Assembly: GCF_000142905.1 (NCBI RefSeq)
Contig: NW_013657646.1
Coordinates: 247,324 to 311,323, forward strand
Source of the DNA: Thecamonas trahens ATCC 50062
Lineage: Eukaryota; Protista; Apusomonadida
DNA length: 64,000 nt
Reading direction: 5' to 3'
Part shown: positions 9,206 through 21,028 of the stretch, piece by piece
Position numbering within the stretch: position 1 is the first letter of the stretch
How the letters are laid out: each line of letters starts with the position of its first letter
Position numbers and translations under genes: made by a program
The notes under the pieces: generated by a model
What the model was told of the DNA's origin: nothing
Database searches by the model: none
Seen by the model: only the letters and a program-made list of their open reading frames with translations

Positions 9206-9866
9206 GATGCTGCAGTGTGCAGGCGGAGCGATGGAAGCTTTGGCCGACAGGCGCAGAAGGCGGCGGGGACGGAGGGAGGGGCGGACGAGGAGGGAGGGAG
9301 GGACGGGTGGAAGGGAGGTGTGGGTGTGGAAGAGAGTGTGTGGAGGGAGTACGTGGAGTGCGGTGGGGTGGGTGGGCGAGTATGAGGGTATGGCGGTGGT
9401 GGCGGCGGTGGCGGCGGTGGCGGTGGGGAGGTGGCGGCGGAAAACATGCCAAGAACCAAAGGTGGGCGGCTTGCCCGGACTGGACTGCATTGGACTTGAC
9501 TGGGCTGAGCGCCTGCTTCAGATACCAAACAGACATCAGCCAGGTGGATGCCCAGCAGACACCCACGCGGCACCGATCTCGTCAGGGGAAGGACTATCGG
9601 TTGGTTGCACCAGGGTGCATGCACTGGCATCGCACCAGGTGGCGCAGGGATCGAGATCGCGGTGATGAGGCCCCCGGCCAAGTCATGCCGATACCTCGGC
9701 CTCATCAGGAGACCCACCGTCCAGCATCCGTCTCAATCGTGCTTGTACCATTGATGAGCCCTGTATCGGGCATTGCCGCGTCCGGAGACGGCGGCCGTGC
9801 GGCATGTGACCGACCAAAATGGGGCAAGGGGGACGGGAGGGGGAGCCACCCGTCTCGCGATCAAGG

Positions 9867-11102
9867 ATGCCGGAAGTGACAGCAGTTGCAGCGACGGTGA
9901 TGGTGATGATGGCACTGGCGAGTGTGGTGGAGTGTGGGCCGACGACGTGGCCCTCGCCCGAGTGTTCGGGCCAGGGCGTGCTGTACGCCGACGTGGGCGT
10001 GTGCGAGTGCTTCGACTGCTTCTCGGGCGCTAACTGCTCTAAGGTCGATGCTGGCGGATGCGTGGTCAATGCGGTGGGTGGCTCGCCGCTGATGTACCAG
10101 TCGTACTGGGCGCAGTACGATGGCCCGCCTGTCGCCGCCGAGGTTGCCCTGCCGGCCTGGTACCGCACCGGGTACCAGTTTGAGAGCGTGCTGACGCCGG
10201 CGTCGACGGGCCTAGGCGCTGCGCTGCGCGAGGCGATCCTGGACGTCCACGCATCGGCAGGCAACGTGAATACCGAGGGCATGTCGGTGGTGGTTGGCTC
10301 GGGATGCACGCTCCTTATCGCGGCGTCAAGCGTGGCGCTGGCCGAGGCCGCGCCGTGCGAGCAGACAACCATCTACGCCCAGCCGCCGTACTACGACGGG
10401 TACGCCAACTGGGCGTCTGTGGGCGCGGCGAACACGTCGTTCTCGGCATCGAGCTCGCTCGATCCACAGCGACAGTGCATTGTCGAGTTTGTGACCCTCC
10501 CGAACAATCCAACCGGCGAGCTGCGGTCGGCGGTGTACTCGGGGAGCCAGGTGGCGCACGTCCACGACATGGTCTACGCCTGGCCGTCTCTGACCAACAA
10601 GATCCACAACTACTCGGCAGACATCATGCTCTTCTCGCTCTCCAAGCTCTCCGGGCACGCAGGCTCGCGCATCGGGTGGGCGCTGGTCAAGGACCCCGCG
10701 GTCGCCGCCGCCATGGAGAGCTTCATCTCCAAGGCCGAGATCACGACGTCGGTCGACTCGCGCTACCGCGCGCTGGCCATCCTGCGCGCCATCACCGCCA
10801 CCCGCGGCGGCTTCTTCTCCGCCATTCGCACCGAATTTACTGCCCGCTGGAACAAGGTCCTGCCTATCTTTGCCTCCTCCACCCGTTTTGCCATCCGCTC
10901 GGTCCCGGACCAGTTCTACCTCTGGATCGAGTGCCTCGACGGCTCGACTTCGTGCTACGACGTCTTTCTCGCTGCCGGCATCCAGGGCTGGGCCGGGCCT
11001 TCGTTTGGCGCCTCGGATGCCTTTGTCCGCCTCGAGCTCGTCCAGCACGACCTTGTCTTTGACATCCTCCTCACCAAGCTTGCAGCCCTCGTTGCCGCCT
11101 AG
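9867..11102 (+). CDS. Alliinase / tryptophan aminotransferase-related (TAA1/TAR-like) PLP enzyme with EGF-like domain
   Basis: Signal peptide. EGF-like CSGQG..CECFDCFSGANCS. VVGSGCTLLI, PPYY, EFVTLPNNPTG, HDMVYAWP. PLP lysine motif FSLSKLSGHAGSRIGWA. Confidence 0.9.
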   Translation: MPEVTAVAATVMVMMALASVVECGPTTWPSPECSGQGVLYADVGVCECFDCFSGANCSKVDAGGCVVNAVGGSPLMYQSYWAQYDGPPVAAEVALPAWYRTGYQFESVLTPASTGLGAALREAILDVHASAGNVNTEGMSVVVGSGCTLLIAASSVALAEAAPCEQTTIYAQPPYYDGYANWASVGAANTSFSASSSLDPQRQCIVEFVTLPNNPTGELRSAVYSGSQVAHVHDMVYAWPSLTNKIHNYSADIMLFSLSKLSGHAGSRIGWALVKDPAVAAAMESFISKAEITTSVDSRYRALAILRAITATRGGFFSAIRTEFTARWNKVLPIFASSTRFAIRSVPDQFYLWIECLDGSTSCYDVFLAAGIQGWAGPSFGASDAFVRLELVQHDLVFDILLTKLAALVAA

Positions 11103-11319
11103 CCCATGCCCTTGATCTCTCCCTTCGGATCGTTTGAACGCCCAGCCCCGCATGGTCCTATTCCCCCCCCCCCCCCCCCTCCCCCGTCGGCCGCCAATGA
11201 CTCTCCTCCGCTCTCCATCCCACGTTTTCACCACACCTCCCCTCCCCCCCCCTCCCCCCTCCTCTCTGCCCCCCTTACCCCACCAACCGACCACACTTGA
11301 CTCCCCTCCCACCCTCAGT

Positions 11320-11949
11320 ATGGCCCTCTCTGCAGTGACGTCGTTCTACGCCTCGCTCCCCCCTCTGGAGCCCCCTGCGTCGTGGGGCTGGGAGCTCGAC
11401 TCGCGGACGTCAAAGTGGTTCCTCATGGACCCGTGGCAGTACCTCACCGTTGTGCTGGCGTACATTGTCATGGTGGTGGTCGGTCCGTGGCTCATGGCCT
11501 CCCGCCAGGCCTTTGACCTCTACTACATCCGTCTGGTCTACAATGCTGTCATGGTTGTCCTCTCTGGATACATGTGCTATGAGCTCACCTACAACACCGT
11601 CTTTGCCTTGGCCACGGCTTCAAGTTCTGGGCTATTCCCGTCGAGCACAACCCTGCCGGCGATCGTGTACGCATCGCTCTCCCTCCCTCCCTCTCTGTCT
11701 CTCTGTCTCTCTCTCTCTCTCCCCTCATCTCCCCTCATCTCCCCTTTTTCCCCCTCCCCTCTCCTCCTCCCTCCCCCTCCTAGAATNNNNNNNNNNNNNN
11801 NNNNNNNNNNNNNNNNNNNNNNNNNNNNNNNNNNNNNNNNNNNNNNNNNNNNNNNNNNNNNNNNNNNNNNNNNNNNNNNNNNNNNNNNNNNNNNNNNNNN
11901 NNNNNNNNNNNNNNNNNNNNNNNNNNNNNNNNNNNNNNAGCGCCGCAGC

Positions 11950-11985
<36 letters not shown>

Positions 11986-12559
11986 CACTCTCCCTCCGCT
12001 CTCCCTTTTCCCCTTCCCCCTTCCCTCCTCCTCCCTCCCCTCCTCCCCCCCCCCCCCCCCCCCTTCCCTCTCACCTCCTCCTCCACTATCGCCGCAGATC
12101 GCCTCTGCACTCTGGCTCTACGCCATGAGCAAGATCCCCGAGTACCTCGACACGCTGTTCATGATTCTGCGCAAGAAGAACAAGCAGATCTCGTTCCTTC
12201 ATGTCTACCATCATGCCTCGATTGGACTGGTCTGGCTCATCAATGGGCTGTACTTCCCGGGTGGTGATGCGTGGTTTGCGGCGGCCTTCAATGCCTTTAT
12301 CCACGTCCTCATGTACTCGTACTACTTCCTCCGCACCATCAACGTGCCGTGCCCGTGGAAGCGCTTCCTCACCGTCTTCCAGCTCATCCAGTTTGTCTCG
12401 TTTGTTGCCCAGGGCGCCTACGGCCTCATCATCGGCAACCCGTACTACGGCAAGGAGATCCTGGCATTCAACATGTGCTACGCCTTTACCCTTCTTGCCC
12501 TCTTCTACAACTTCTACCGCACCACCTACAACCGCAAGCCCAAGTCCAAGGCCCAGTAA
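11320..12559 (+). CDS. ELO/GNS1 fatty-acid elongase (2 exons: 11320-11666, 12098-12559; probable 1-nt deletion near 11606)
   Basis: SKIPEYLDT, KKNKQISFLHVYHH, NAFIHVLMYSYY, WKRFLT..QLIQF motifs. Donor GTACGC at 11667, acceptor CAG at 12097. C-terminal Lys-rich tail. Confidence 0.9.
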
Positions 12560-12798
12560 GATCCATCCACCTTCTACCATATCCGCCTGCCACTACCCGC
12601 CTGCCACGACCCACTTGCTACTACTCGCCTTTGCTGACCCCCCTCCCCCCCTCCCCCATCTTTGCTCCCACCAGATCGCATCCATCTGCCCTTCCTCTGG
12701 CCTTGCCCCGCCCGTAAAGTGGCGCAAATCAGCCATGTCGCCACCACCACCGTTCTCCTCAAACACCCCTCTACCTCTCCCCTCCCCCCCCCTCACCC

Positions 12799-14013
12799 AT
12801 GGACCCTATACGGCTCCAAGGCAGACGGCGTACGGCGGCGGCGGCGAGAGCCACTCGCGAGCCTGTGGACCGCCCTGTCGTGGCGCGGTGTACGGCGTGG
12901 ACGGTGACGGTGCCCGACGCGGCGTCGGCGAGCCTCCTCTCCCGCGCCGGCTACGGCCACGCCATGTTTGATCGTGCTCCCGGTGGCGCCACCCTGCCGC
13001 TGGCACGTGGCATCAACCGCCGTCGCGCCAGTGGACACCACTCGCGCCCGCCATCGGCCATTCCCCTGGCCCCGGCCTCTGTCCCCACTCCCGATCTCCC
13101 GCCGCCGTCACTCAAGCGAGCCCGGTCCGATGCCGGCGCCTGCCACTTTGGCCATGGCGCTGGCATCGATCCGGATCTGGTCTCGCTGCTCCCTGTCCGC
13201 CGCTCAAAGCGGAGGCGGAAGTTGAAAGACGGCGACGGCGACGGCGGCAGCGGCGACTCGGGCGCAGGTGTGGGAACGCCGCCTCCGGCTGTGGCGGCCG
13301 CGCGGTCGGCGGCGACATCCCCGGCAGGATCGGCCGAGCCGTCGCCCTCAACAGCGATGCTTGGAGCGGTCGCAGAGCCGCGACGGCTCCCCGCCGCCAC
13401 CGTCATTAACCCGCTGCATCTCATGCCTGTTGAGACCTTTTTCCTTGTCCAGGCGTTGGGAGTGATGCAGGTTCGCGACGCCTCATGTGGCGCGGCGCTG
13501 ACGCCGGCTGCACTGTGGCGCCGGTTCTCAGCCCGCGATCGCGACTTTGCGCGCAAGTACGCGGCATACCACTTCTTTCGCTCGCGCGGTTGGACTCCGC
13601 GTGACGGGACCCAGTTTGGCTGTCACTTTGTGCTCTACCAGCTCGTCCCGGCTGCCCACCACGCCCAGTTCTGCGTCCGAATCCTTGCCGGCGACTCGGA
13701 TCCATGGTCCGCAAATTGGGTGTCGATCAAGGCTCTCCAGCGCACCGCCTCGCTTGCTCACAAGCAGATTCTCCTCGTCCAGGTCACCTTTCGCCATGGC
13801 GCCTCCCTCGACGCCATGTCCTGCCTCCGCGGCGCCACCGTCCAGACCGTCCGCCTTGGCCGCTGTCGCCGCGCCGAAGATCTTGAGCGGTTCATGCCAC
13901 AGCTACCGCCACCCGCACCCAAGATCAACGGGAGTAAGGGCAAAGCCAAGGCCAAGGGAAAGGGCAGCAAGAGCAGCACTGCCAGCTCCACCAACAAGCA
14001 TCGAGTCGGCTAG
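12799..14013 (+). CDS. SEN2: tRNA-splicing endonuclease catalytic subunit Sen2-like
   Basis: LHLMPVETFFL, YAAYHFFRSRGWTPRDGTQFGCHFVLY..HHAQF..RTASLAHKQILL carry the Tyr/His/Lys triad context. Confidence 0.85.
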   Translation: MDPIRLQGRRRTAAAARATREPVDRPVVARCTAWTVTVPDAASASLLSRAGYGHAMFDRAPGGATLPLARGINRRRASGHHSRPPSAIPLAPASVPTPDLPPPSLKRARSDAGACHFGHGAGIDPDLVSLLPVRRSKRRRKLKDGDGDGGSGDSGAGVGTPPPAVAAARSAATSPAGSAEPSPSTAMLGAVAEPRRLPAATVINPLHLMPVETFFLVQALGVMQVRDASCGAALTPAALWRRFSARDRDFARKYAAYHFFRSRGWTPRDGTQFGCHFVLYQLVPAAHHAQFCVRILAGDSDPWSANWVSIKALQRTASLAHKQILLVQVTFRHGASLDAMSCLRGATVQTVRLGRCRRAEDLERFMPQLPPPAPKINGSKGKAKAKGKGSKSSTASSTNKHRVG

Positions 14014-14278
14014 CCGTAGGCACCGATGCCTTTGCCACCACGCCGACCAACTCCACGGCCACCCTAGCCCACCGCCGTCATCCCCATGCCCCCAATGCCA
14101 TAATGCCCGCATTCGCCCGCAGTGCCACCGACCGAAACGACCAACCACCACCACTCCTTTTGGCCCACCACGGCAACGACCAGCCAACCAAGACCTCATA
14201 CCCCTCTCTCTCTTTCTCTCCTCCCCCCCACCCCCACCCCCACTACCCCCACCCTCTCTCTCCCCCCCCCACCCCACT

Positions 14279-16111
14279 ATGGCGGTCGCATGGCTCAAGG
14301 ACAAGGCATCTGTGCTCAAGGCCACAGGCAACGAGCTGGAGAAGGCTGTGGTCAAAGCCACCTCACACCTGGAGGTGGCACCCAAGGCCAAGCACGTCCG
14401 CAGGCTCATCCTCACCACCTACGACTCTCCGCAGGAGGCTGTCTTTGCCATGCGCCACCTGCTGGAGAGACTGCAGTCCAAAGACTGGGTAGTACGCAAC
14501 CCCTCTGCCCCCCTCCCCCCCCTTCCCCGCTTCCCCCTTGCGTNNNNNNNNNNNNNNNNNNNNNNNNNNNNNNNNNNNNNNNNNNNNNNNNNNNNNNNNN
14601 NNNNNNNNNNNNNNNNNNNNNNNNNNNNNNNNNNNNNNNNNNNNNNNNNNNNNNNNNNNNNNNNNNNNNNNNNNNNNNNNNNNNNNNNNNNNNNNNNNNN
14701 NNNNNNNNNNNNNNNNNNNNNNNNNNNNNNNNNNNNNNNNNNNNNNNNNNNNNNNNNNNNNNNNNNNNNNCCTCCTCCTCCTCCTCCTCCTCCCACACAG
14801 GTCGTGCTCAAGGCAATCACCGTGTTTCATCGGCTCTTCCGCGAAGGTGACGACCTCGCCATCGACAAGGTCGCACCGCATCCAGAGGTCTTCTCAGTCC
14901 TCGGCTCGTTCATCGATCGGTCGGACGTGCGGGCCATGGGCCAGTCGACCTTTGTACAGAACTACGCAAACTACCTGGTGGAAAAGCTGGCGGCATACTC
15001 GGCGCTCAAGTGCCAGTTGGAGAAGCCGCCGCTTCCGGGAGATCGCCAGACTGGGACTTCCATCATCAAGGGCATGAAGGTCCGCAGGCTGCTCAAGGTC
15101 GTGCCGCGGCTCCAGCGCCAGCTCAACATGCTCTTCACCTGTGACCCAGACGCGCGCATGCTCGACAACGGCGCCACCGTCTTTGCTTTTACCCTCCTCA
15201 TCAAGGACGCCTTCAAGCTCTTCCACCTCGTCAACGATGCCATCCTCATCATCATCGACGCCTTTTTTGACATGAAGCAAGACGACGCCCTCCGCTCCAT
15301 CACCCTCTACCAAGAGTACGTGCTCGAGTCGGACCTCATTCGTGACCTCATGCGCAAGGCAAACAAGATTCCGGGCCTCGACCTCAACATGCCGTCGCTC
15401 AAGCCGGCGTCGACAGGCCTTCTCTCCGCCCTCGAGGAGTATGTCAACGCAGGCAACTTTGACCACGCTGAGGCCGAGGTCCGTGACGTCTCGGAGCTCC
15501 TCGCAGACTCGATGCCGCACGACCTGGTCGTTGGCGGCTCGTCGGCGCCTGCCCCGCAGTCGGCCGCGCCCAAGTCGGCGCCGCTCATCTCGCTCGGCAA
15601 CGACGAGTCGGCGGCCCACCTCGACCCGCTTGGCACGCCCGGCAAGACCGCCGCCGCCGCCGCACCGTCCGCGGCGGCCGCTACCGCTTTTGATCCCTTC
15701 GGCTCAGTCCCGTTCGAGAAGCTCCTCGCCCAGCAGCACTCGTCCGGCGCGTCGACCCCGACCCCGACCCCGACTTCTGCTCCCGCCACAGGCGCCCCGC
15801 TCCTCGACATGGGTGGGCAGGCGTACGCGCGAAAGCAGAGCCAGATCAATGAGCTCCTGCAGCAGACGTCCAAGCCTGCTCCGGCGCCGGGCGTCTTTGG
15901 CGGCGCGCCTCCGATCTGGGCCGCTCCGGCTGGGCAACTGGCTGCTGGGCCACCCCCGGCCGCCGCCGCGGCCCCGGCCCTTGCCGCCCCGCTAGTCCCG
16001 GTCACCTCTTCGTCCAAGCCAACCGGTCCGCTCGACAAGCAGGGCACCGCCAAGCAGTCGTCCAACAACCCGTTCGACTTTGGCGACCTCCTCGAGGCCT
16101 TCCCGCAGTAA
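14279..16111 (+). CDS. ANTH-domain clathrin assembly protein (AP180/PICALM-like); exons 14279-14491 and 14801-16111
   Basis: KAVVKATSH..APKAKH lipid-binding motif. DWV|VVLKA splices in phase 0 (GTACGC...CAG). Disordered tail with DPF, NPF and DLL motifs. Confidence 0.9.
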   Translation: MAVAWLKDKASVLKATGNELEKAVVKATSHLEVAPKAKHVRRLILTTYDSPQEAVFAMRHLLERLQSKDWVVRNPSAPLPPLPRFPLAXXXXXXXXXXXXXXXXXXXXXXXXXXXXXXXXXXXXXXXXXXXXXXXXXXXXXXXXXXXXXXXXXXXXXXXXXXXXPPPPPPPPTQVVLKAITVFHRLFREGDDLAIDKVAPHPEVFSVLGSFIDRSDVRAMGQSTFVQNYANYLVEKLAAYSALKCQLEKPPLPGDRQTGTSIIKGMKVRRLLKVVPRLQRQLNMLFTCDPDARMLDNGATVFAFTLLIKDAFKLFHLVNDAILIIIDAFFDMKQDDALRSITLYQEYVLESDLIRDLMRKANKIPGLDLNMPSLKPASTGLLSALEEYVNAGNFDHAEAEVRDVSELLADSMPHDLVVGGSSAPAPQSAAPKSAPLISLGNDESAAHLDPLGTPGKTAAAAAPSAAAATAFDPFGSVPFEKLLAQQHSSGASTPTPTPTSAPATGAPLLDMGGQAYARKQSQINELLQQTSKPAPAPGVFGGAPPIWAAPAGQLAAGPPPAAAAAPALAAPLVPVTSSSKPTGPLDKQGTAKQSSNNPFDFGDLLEAFPQ

Positions 16112-16393
16112 TCTCGTAACTAAACGCACGGAACGCTGGACACCATTGTCGGATGCCGCAGTGAACTCGACGCAATGTAGAAAGCTCACTCTCAGCTGCG
16201 CGATGCGGCGCGCGCTGCGCTTGTGGGCCACGACGCCGACCAGAATGCAGACGAGCACAGACGAGGTTGATGCGCTTGAGACGGCGACGGGGCTTGCGGC
16301 TTGGGGCCACAGCCTCCACGACGTCGGGCGGCCGCAGTAGTACCCCTCTTTGCTTCGAATGGTTTTATCTGGCACGCCTGATCTGCACTCAGC

Positions 16394-18683
16394 TCACGCA
16401 TCGGCCTCGAGTGCAGCCACCCGCCGCAGCAGCGCCGCCACCGTCGCCTCGAGCGACGCTACCTGCGACTTGAGCGCCGCGACTTCAGCTTGCGACGCTG
16501 GCAGTTCGCGCTCGGCCCCAGCCGCCCTTGATGCAGACACTGCTCGTGGCTTGGGCGGACGCCCGCCCGGACGCGGCGCGCCACCGCCTGGCCGCGGCTT
16601 GGTTGCCGGCTTGGGCTTGGCTGAAGGCTTGGGCTTGGCCGCCGGCGCTGGCCGCGGTGCCATCGGCTTGGGCGGCATCGCCGTGCCAGCCTGGGGTTCG
16701 GGCTTGGGCGGCGGCGGCTTGGCTACAATGCCTGGTGATGCCGGGCGCGGCGGCGGGCGCGGGCGCGGGCGCGGGCTCGGGCGCGGGCCCCCGCTCGGCT
16801 CTGGCGACGTCGCCCGCGAGTTGGGCGCAGACTTGTCCGAACTCGAGCCCGAGCTAGGCGCGGCGACGGCTGCTGCTGCTGCAGCTGCTGCAGCAGCCAC
16901 GCCGACAGCAGCTGCGTTGCTGGCTGCGGCCGCTGAAACAGCCGCCACCTCCTCAGCAGGCTCCTCGGTCTTGGGCGCGGAATCGGCGTCGCTCCCGCTG
17001 TCGCCACTCGACTTGCTCTGCTTGGCGAGTACTTCCGAGGCGTAGTCAAACTCGTGGACGATTTCGATGTGGGTCTCGGGCACAAAGCCAGTCTTGGACT
17101 CGAACATGACCTCGCGCCATCCCGGAGCGCCACAGTCGTACTTTGTGACCAGAAAGTAACGGCCGGAGCTGGCCGAGACCGAGACCTCGGTCTCGGACCT
17201 CGCCTCAAAGTCATAGATGGCCTTGCCGATGGCGAGCGCCGGGCGCTTGGAGCGCTTGAAAATGCGGTCGGCGAGCGGAATGAGTGCCGCCGTCGCCTCG
17301 GTCACCGCCTGCGAGTGCGCAAGCGCCTCCATCGGCGACTCATCTTCCCCGCGGACCAGGTTCGGCGCAAAGACAATGGCCACGTTGGACGCAGACATCT
17401 TGGACTGGCTCTCAAACGAGGTCACCCGCTTCATAAAGGGGAAGAGCGCCCGCAGAAGGCATTGCGAGTACGCCGGCACGTCGCGGATGAGCGCCCGCGC
17501 AAACTCGACAATAAACTTGGTGTCGTACGCATCGGCCAGTGACCGGTAGAACGGATACAGCTCGTACGGGACCGGCGGTTCCGGGAGCTCGCGCACGTAA
17601 AGTTTGAGCAGGCCGGCCACCGTGTCGGCGTCGTTGACTGGAAGGACAACGGCCTCGCCGGTGTCATATCCCTGCTTGAACCGCTTGATGTCCACCGCCG
17701 AGCCCGAGAGTCGCAGGAAGCCCTCGGTGGCAATCTGCGCATCGGTAAAGGTCTTGAGGCAGTCTTCGACCACGGCAGGCAGCGAGCCATCCGATGACGG
17801 CCTCCGCGCCACCGCATCCTCCAGCGCCACCCCAAAGATCTTCTCCCTCGCCGCAGGCAGCAAGCTCGAGAGCTGCTCCAGCCACGCGTCGCGGAGCCGC
17901 ATGTTCTCCGCCACGAAAAAGTACACCCGCCCCGTCGCCCGCACCTCAAACGCGCCAATCGGCGCGCTCGGCCGGTCGGTGATGCACACAGCTTGCACGT
18001 CGTCGATAAGCACCTCGCCCGCAGGCTCCTCGTCATCCTGCGCCTTGTAGTACGACAGCGCATCGGCCGAGAGCGTGCACCACCGCCGCTTGAGCGACTT
18101 GTTCGATCCCCCCTCCTTCTCCAGCCATCCAGATTGCACAATCTGGAACTGCTGTGCCCACTTTTCCTGCGTGCCCTCGGGCATGAGCTTGAGCAGGGCG
18201 GCCACCCACGAGGCCCGTTGCAACTCCCGCTCGGCCTGGATGGTAAAGATGCGCTCAGGCGTCCTGATCTTGAACACATACGAGTCATCGCCGTCATGGT
18301 CCTTGTCGGTCAAAATGTTCTTGATGTCATTGATCAGAATATGCCCGGCCTGCTTGGTGGCATTCTCCGTCTTAAAGTAGTACAGCGCATCGCGCGTGAG
18401 CTGAAAGAATCGCTTCTGAAACTTGGTCGACGAGCCGCCTGTCTTGGCCAGCCATCCCGACTTGATCACCAGCCGCTATCATGCCCCAGCCATAGTCATC
18501 CACCCCGTCCACCAGCCTCCTGTGTGTGAGTCGGGTCGGTATGCCCCTACTGTGCCCCCTGCTCCCCCCCCCCCCCCTCTCTCTCCCGCCGCTCCCTTCC
18601 TGTGCCTGCCCCCGCCACAAACCGACTGAGCCACCCCCGCACCACCACCCACAATGGGGGCCACATCCACATACCGAGTCCAT
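16394..18683 (-). CDS. PH-PH-RhoGAP-SH3 protein with Pro-rich linker and C-terminal coiled coil; 9-nt first exon (MDS, 18683-18675), intron 18674-18476
   Basis: Two PH domains (KSGWLAK, QSGWLEKEGG..KRRW). RhoGAP IFGVAL..EGFLRLSG..LKLYVRELPEP..SNVAIVFAPNL. SH3 AIYDFEA..GFVPETHI. GTATGT donor and TAG acceptor restore the frame. Confidence 0.88.
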
Positions 18684-19161
18684 GCTGCAATCAACCACCA
18701 GCAATACACTCTGTCTGGGTAGACCACAAAGGTGTTCCACAGACCAAGCTGGGACAAGTGGTACACCCCACACTCCCTCCTCCCCCTCCCCTTCGCAAGT
18801 GCAAACCCCTCCCTCCCCTCCCCCTCACAACGAGCAACTCGCTCTTTGGCCGAAATGGTGCGTGTTGGCCGTTCCGGCGAATCGGCCGACAAACGCCTTT
18901 TCACCGCCTCGGCACGTGCAGGCAACGAGGGGATGGTGGGCAGAGGCCTGTCGAGCTGGGAAGCACCATCAGGTGGTGAGCGATGAGAGTAGAAGGTACA
19001 GTGCGGAGATAGAGGGAGGGGAAGGGAGGAGAGGACATGTGGGTGGCCGGGCGGGAAAAAACAACGGACGCGGGAGGAGAGGACTCGGGCATGGGAGAGC
19101 TCGATTGAGGAAGCGTGACCAACGATGGCGGACAGGGTTCAACGTGCGCGGCAAGAGGCAA

Positions 19162-20593
19162 CTACGCGAGGAGGTCGACCGATTCTGATGAATCATCGGA
19201 GCGGGCAAGAGCCGGAGAGTTGGGCCCGACGCCTGCGGCGATGAGCTCGACTTCGGAGCCCGACGAAGATGCAGCGCCGGCGGCAAAGGCAAAGTCGGCG
19301 CCGGCGCCAGACATCTGGTTGAGACGGACAAAACCGCCGGCAGACCGTTTGTACTCGCGATAGCGGTCGTATAGGTAGAGGAGGCCGCATGTGCCCCAGA
19401 TGAGGCCGTAGGGGATAGAAACCCAGACGTACCACATGCGGGCGCCGTTATCGTCCGACTGGAGTGAGACAATGGCAAAGAGAGCGCAAAAAACGGCAAG
19501 AACGACAAAGATGACGGCCTTCTGGATCTTGTCAGCAAGGGTGGTGCGCGACACGGGCGCCTCAACAATGTCCGACGGCGGTGACGAGCCGAGCGAGCGG
19601 GCGCGCCACTGGGCGACGAGCTCCCACACCTCCTCGGCGCGGAGGATGTCATTGAAGCCGAGGTGGATGTCGTCGCGGTCTTCAGCCGAAGAGGTGCGGG
19701 CACGGACACCCACCTCATCATACGCCGTCGAGTGCATCTCCTCAGTCGAGAACCAGACCGAGCCGACGCCGCGGCCGCGGCGACGGAGCAGGATCTCGTG
19801 CATCTGGTGCGGGAGGAAGAACTTGATGCTGTGTCCAAAGGCCGAAGCATACTTGGGGCTAACAATTACCGCTTGCTCGCCAGTCAGAATGTACAGGTTC
19901 GTCTTGGCCGCCGCCTTCAGCACGAGGAGGATGACGGTGGCGCTAGCAAAGCCGAGGGTGGTCACCCAAGCCGACGAGCCCATGCGCTCCTGATAGAAGA
20001 TGGCGTAGAGGACGGCACCCGAGAGGAGGGCAAGCAGGAGGAGGAACGACTTGTGCCTGCCGAGCTTGCGCTGGTAGTCTGCATACAACACAGTCTCGTC
20101 GGCAAACTGGGCAACGAGCAGCTTGTCCTTGGCCCGCAGATGCGAGTAGTCGTCGAGATCGGACCAGGCGTTGTACGGGATACGATCCCAGCGCATTTCC
20201 GCCAGGTGCTGGCCAATGGCCACCACAGTCAGCGCAAAGTAGATGCCGAGGACCGGGAGGAGAACCTCCTCGGGCCGTGCCGGGCACGAGTCGCCCATTC
20301 TTGTGATTCTGTCGTCGTTCTTGGGGCACCCGCCGAGGCCCCATGCCATGCAGCTGCCATGCGAGTACGTCCCGCACCACTGGCACCCGTTGACTTCGAT
20401 ACAAGGTTCGCAGGTCTTGACATTGCAGCTGAGCAGGGGGGGGAGGGGAGGGGGAGGGGGGTGAGGGGAGTGAGGGGGGGGGTGAGGGGGGTGAGAGGGG
20501 GGAAGGAAGGGAGGGAGGGGCGTACTCCGCCTGGGCCTGGGCTCCGCTGACGAGGACGGCAGTGGCGACCACCAGCCAGATCACGGCCTTCAT
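19162..20593 (-). CDS. Multi-pass membrane protein: signal peptide, PSI domain, TMs, bacterial-type PH domain, 2 TMs; intron 20525-20429
   Basis: Exon 1 MKAVIWLVVATAVLVSGAQAQA with GTACGC donor. Spliced product DCNVKTCEPCIEVNGCQWCG...SC...CP fits the PSI pattern C..C....C.WC. YILT...GVGSVWF...GFNDILRAEEVWELV resembles bPH. Confidence 0.7.
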
Positions 20594-21028
20594 AGGGAAG
20601 GGTGGGTGCAAGGTGGGGTGGGGGCGGGAGCTATTTAGAGGCGGTTAAGNNNNNNNNNNNNNNNNNNNNNNNNNNNNNNNNNNNNNNNNNNNNNNNNNNN
20701 NNNNNNNNNNNNNNNNNNNNNNNNNNNNNNNNNNNNNNNNNNNNNNNNNNNNNNNNNNNNNNNNNNNNNNNNNNNNNNNNNNNNNNNNNNNNNNNNNNNN
20801 NNNNGCCCCGAGGTACCTGACCCTGCCTGCCTGACCCCCTGCCGAGGTGGGGGTGCCAACCCCCCCCTGGGCCTTTGATCGCAGCCTGATCTGCCTGTGA
20901 TCAGGAACACGATCACGATCAAGTCGCACACACCACCGCTTCCCCTCCCTCCGCTCCCCCCTCCCCCCCCCCCCCTCCTTCCCATCCCTCCGTCCCCACC
21001 GCTGCCACCACTCGACGAGAGCAGCGGT

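Noticed and set aside
13547-14278. Long N-terminal extensions in the ORF track (also 23066, 9490, 45295, 52152, 52354 starts)
   Set aside because: Non-ATG or low-complexity UTR/intergenic read-through; family homology begins at downstream ATGs.
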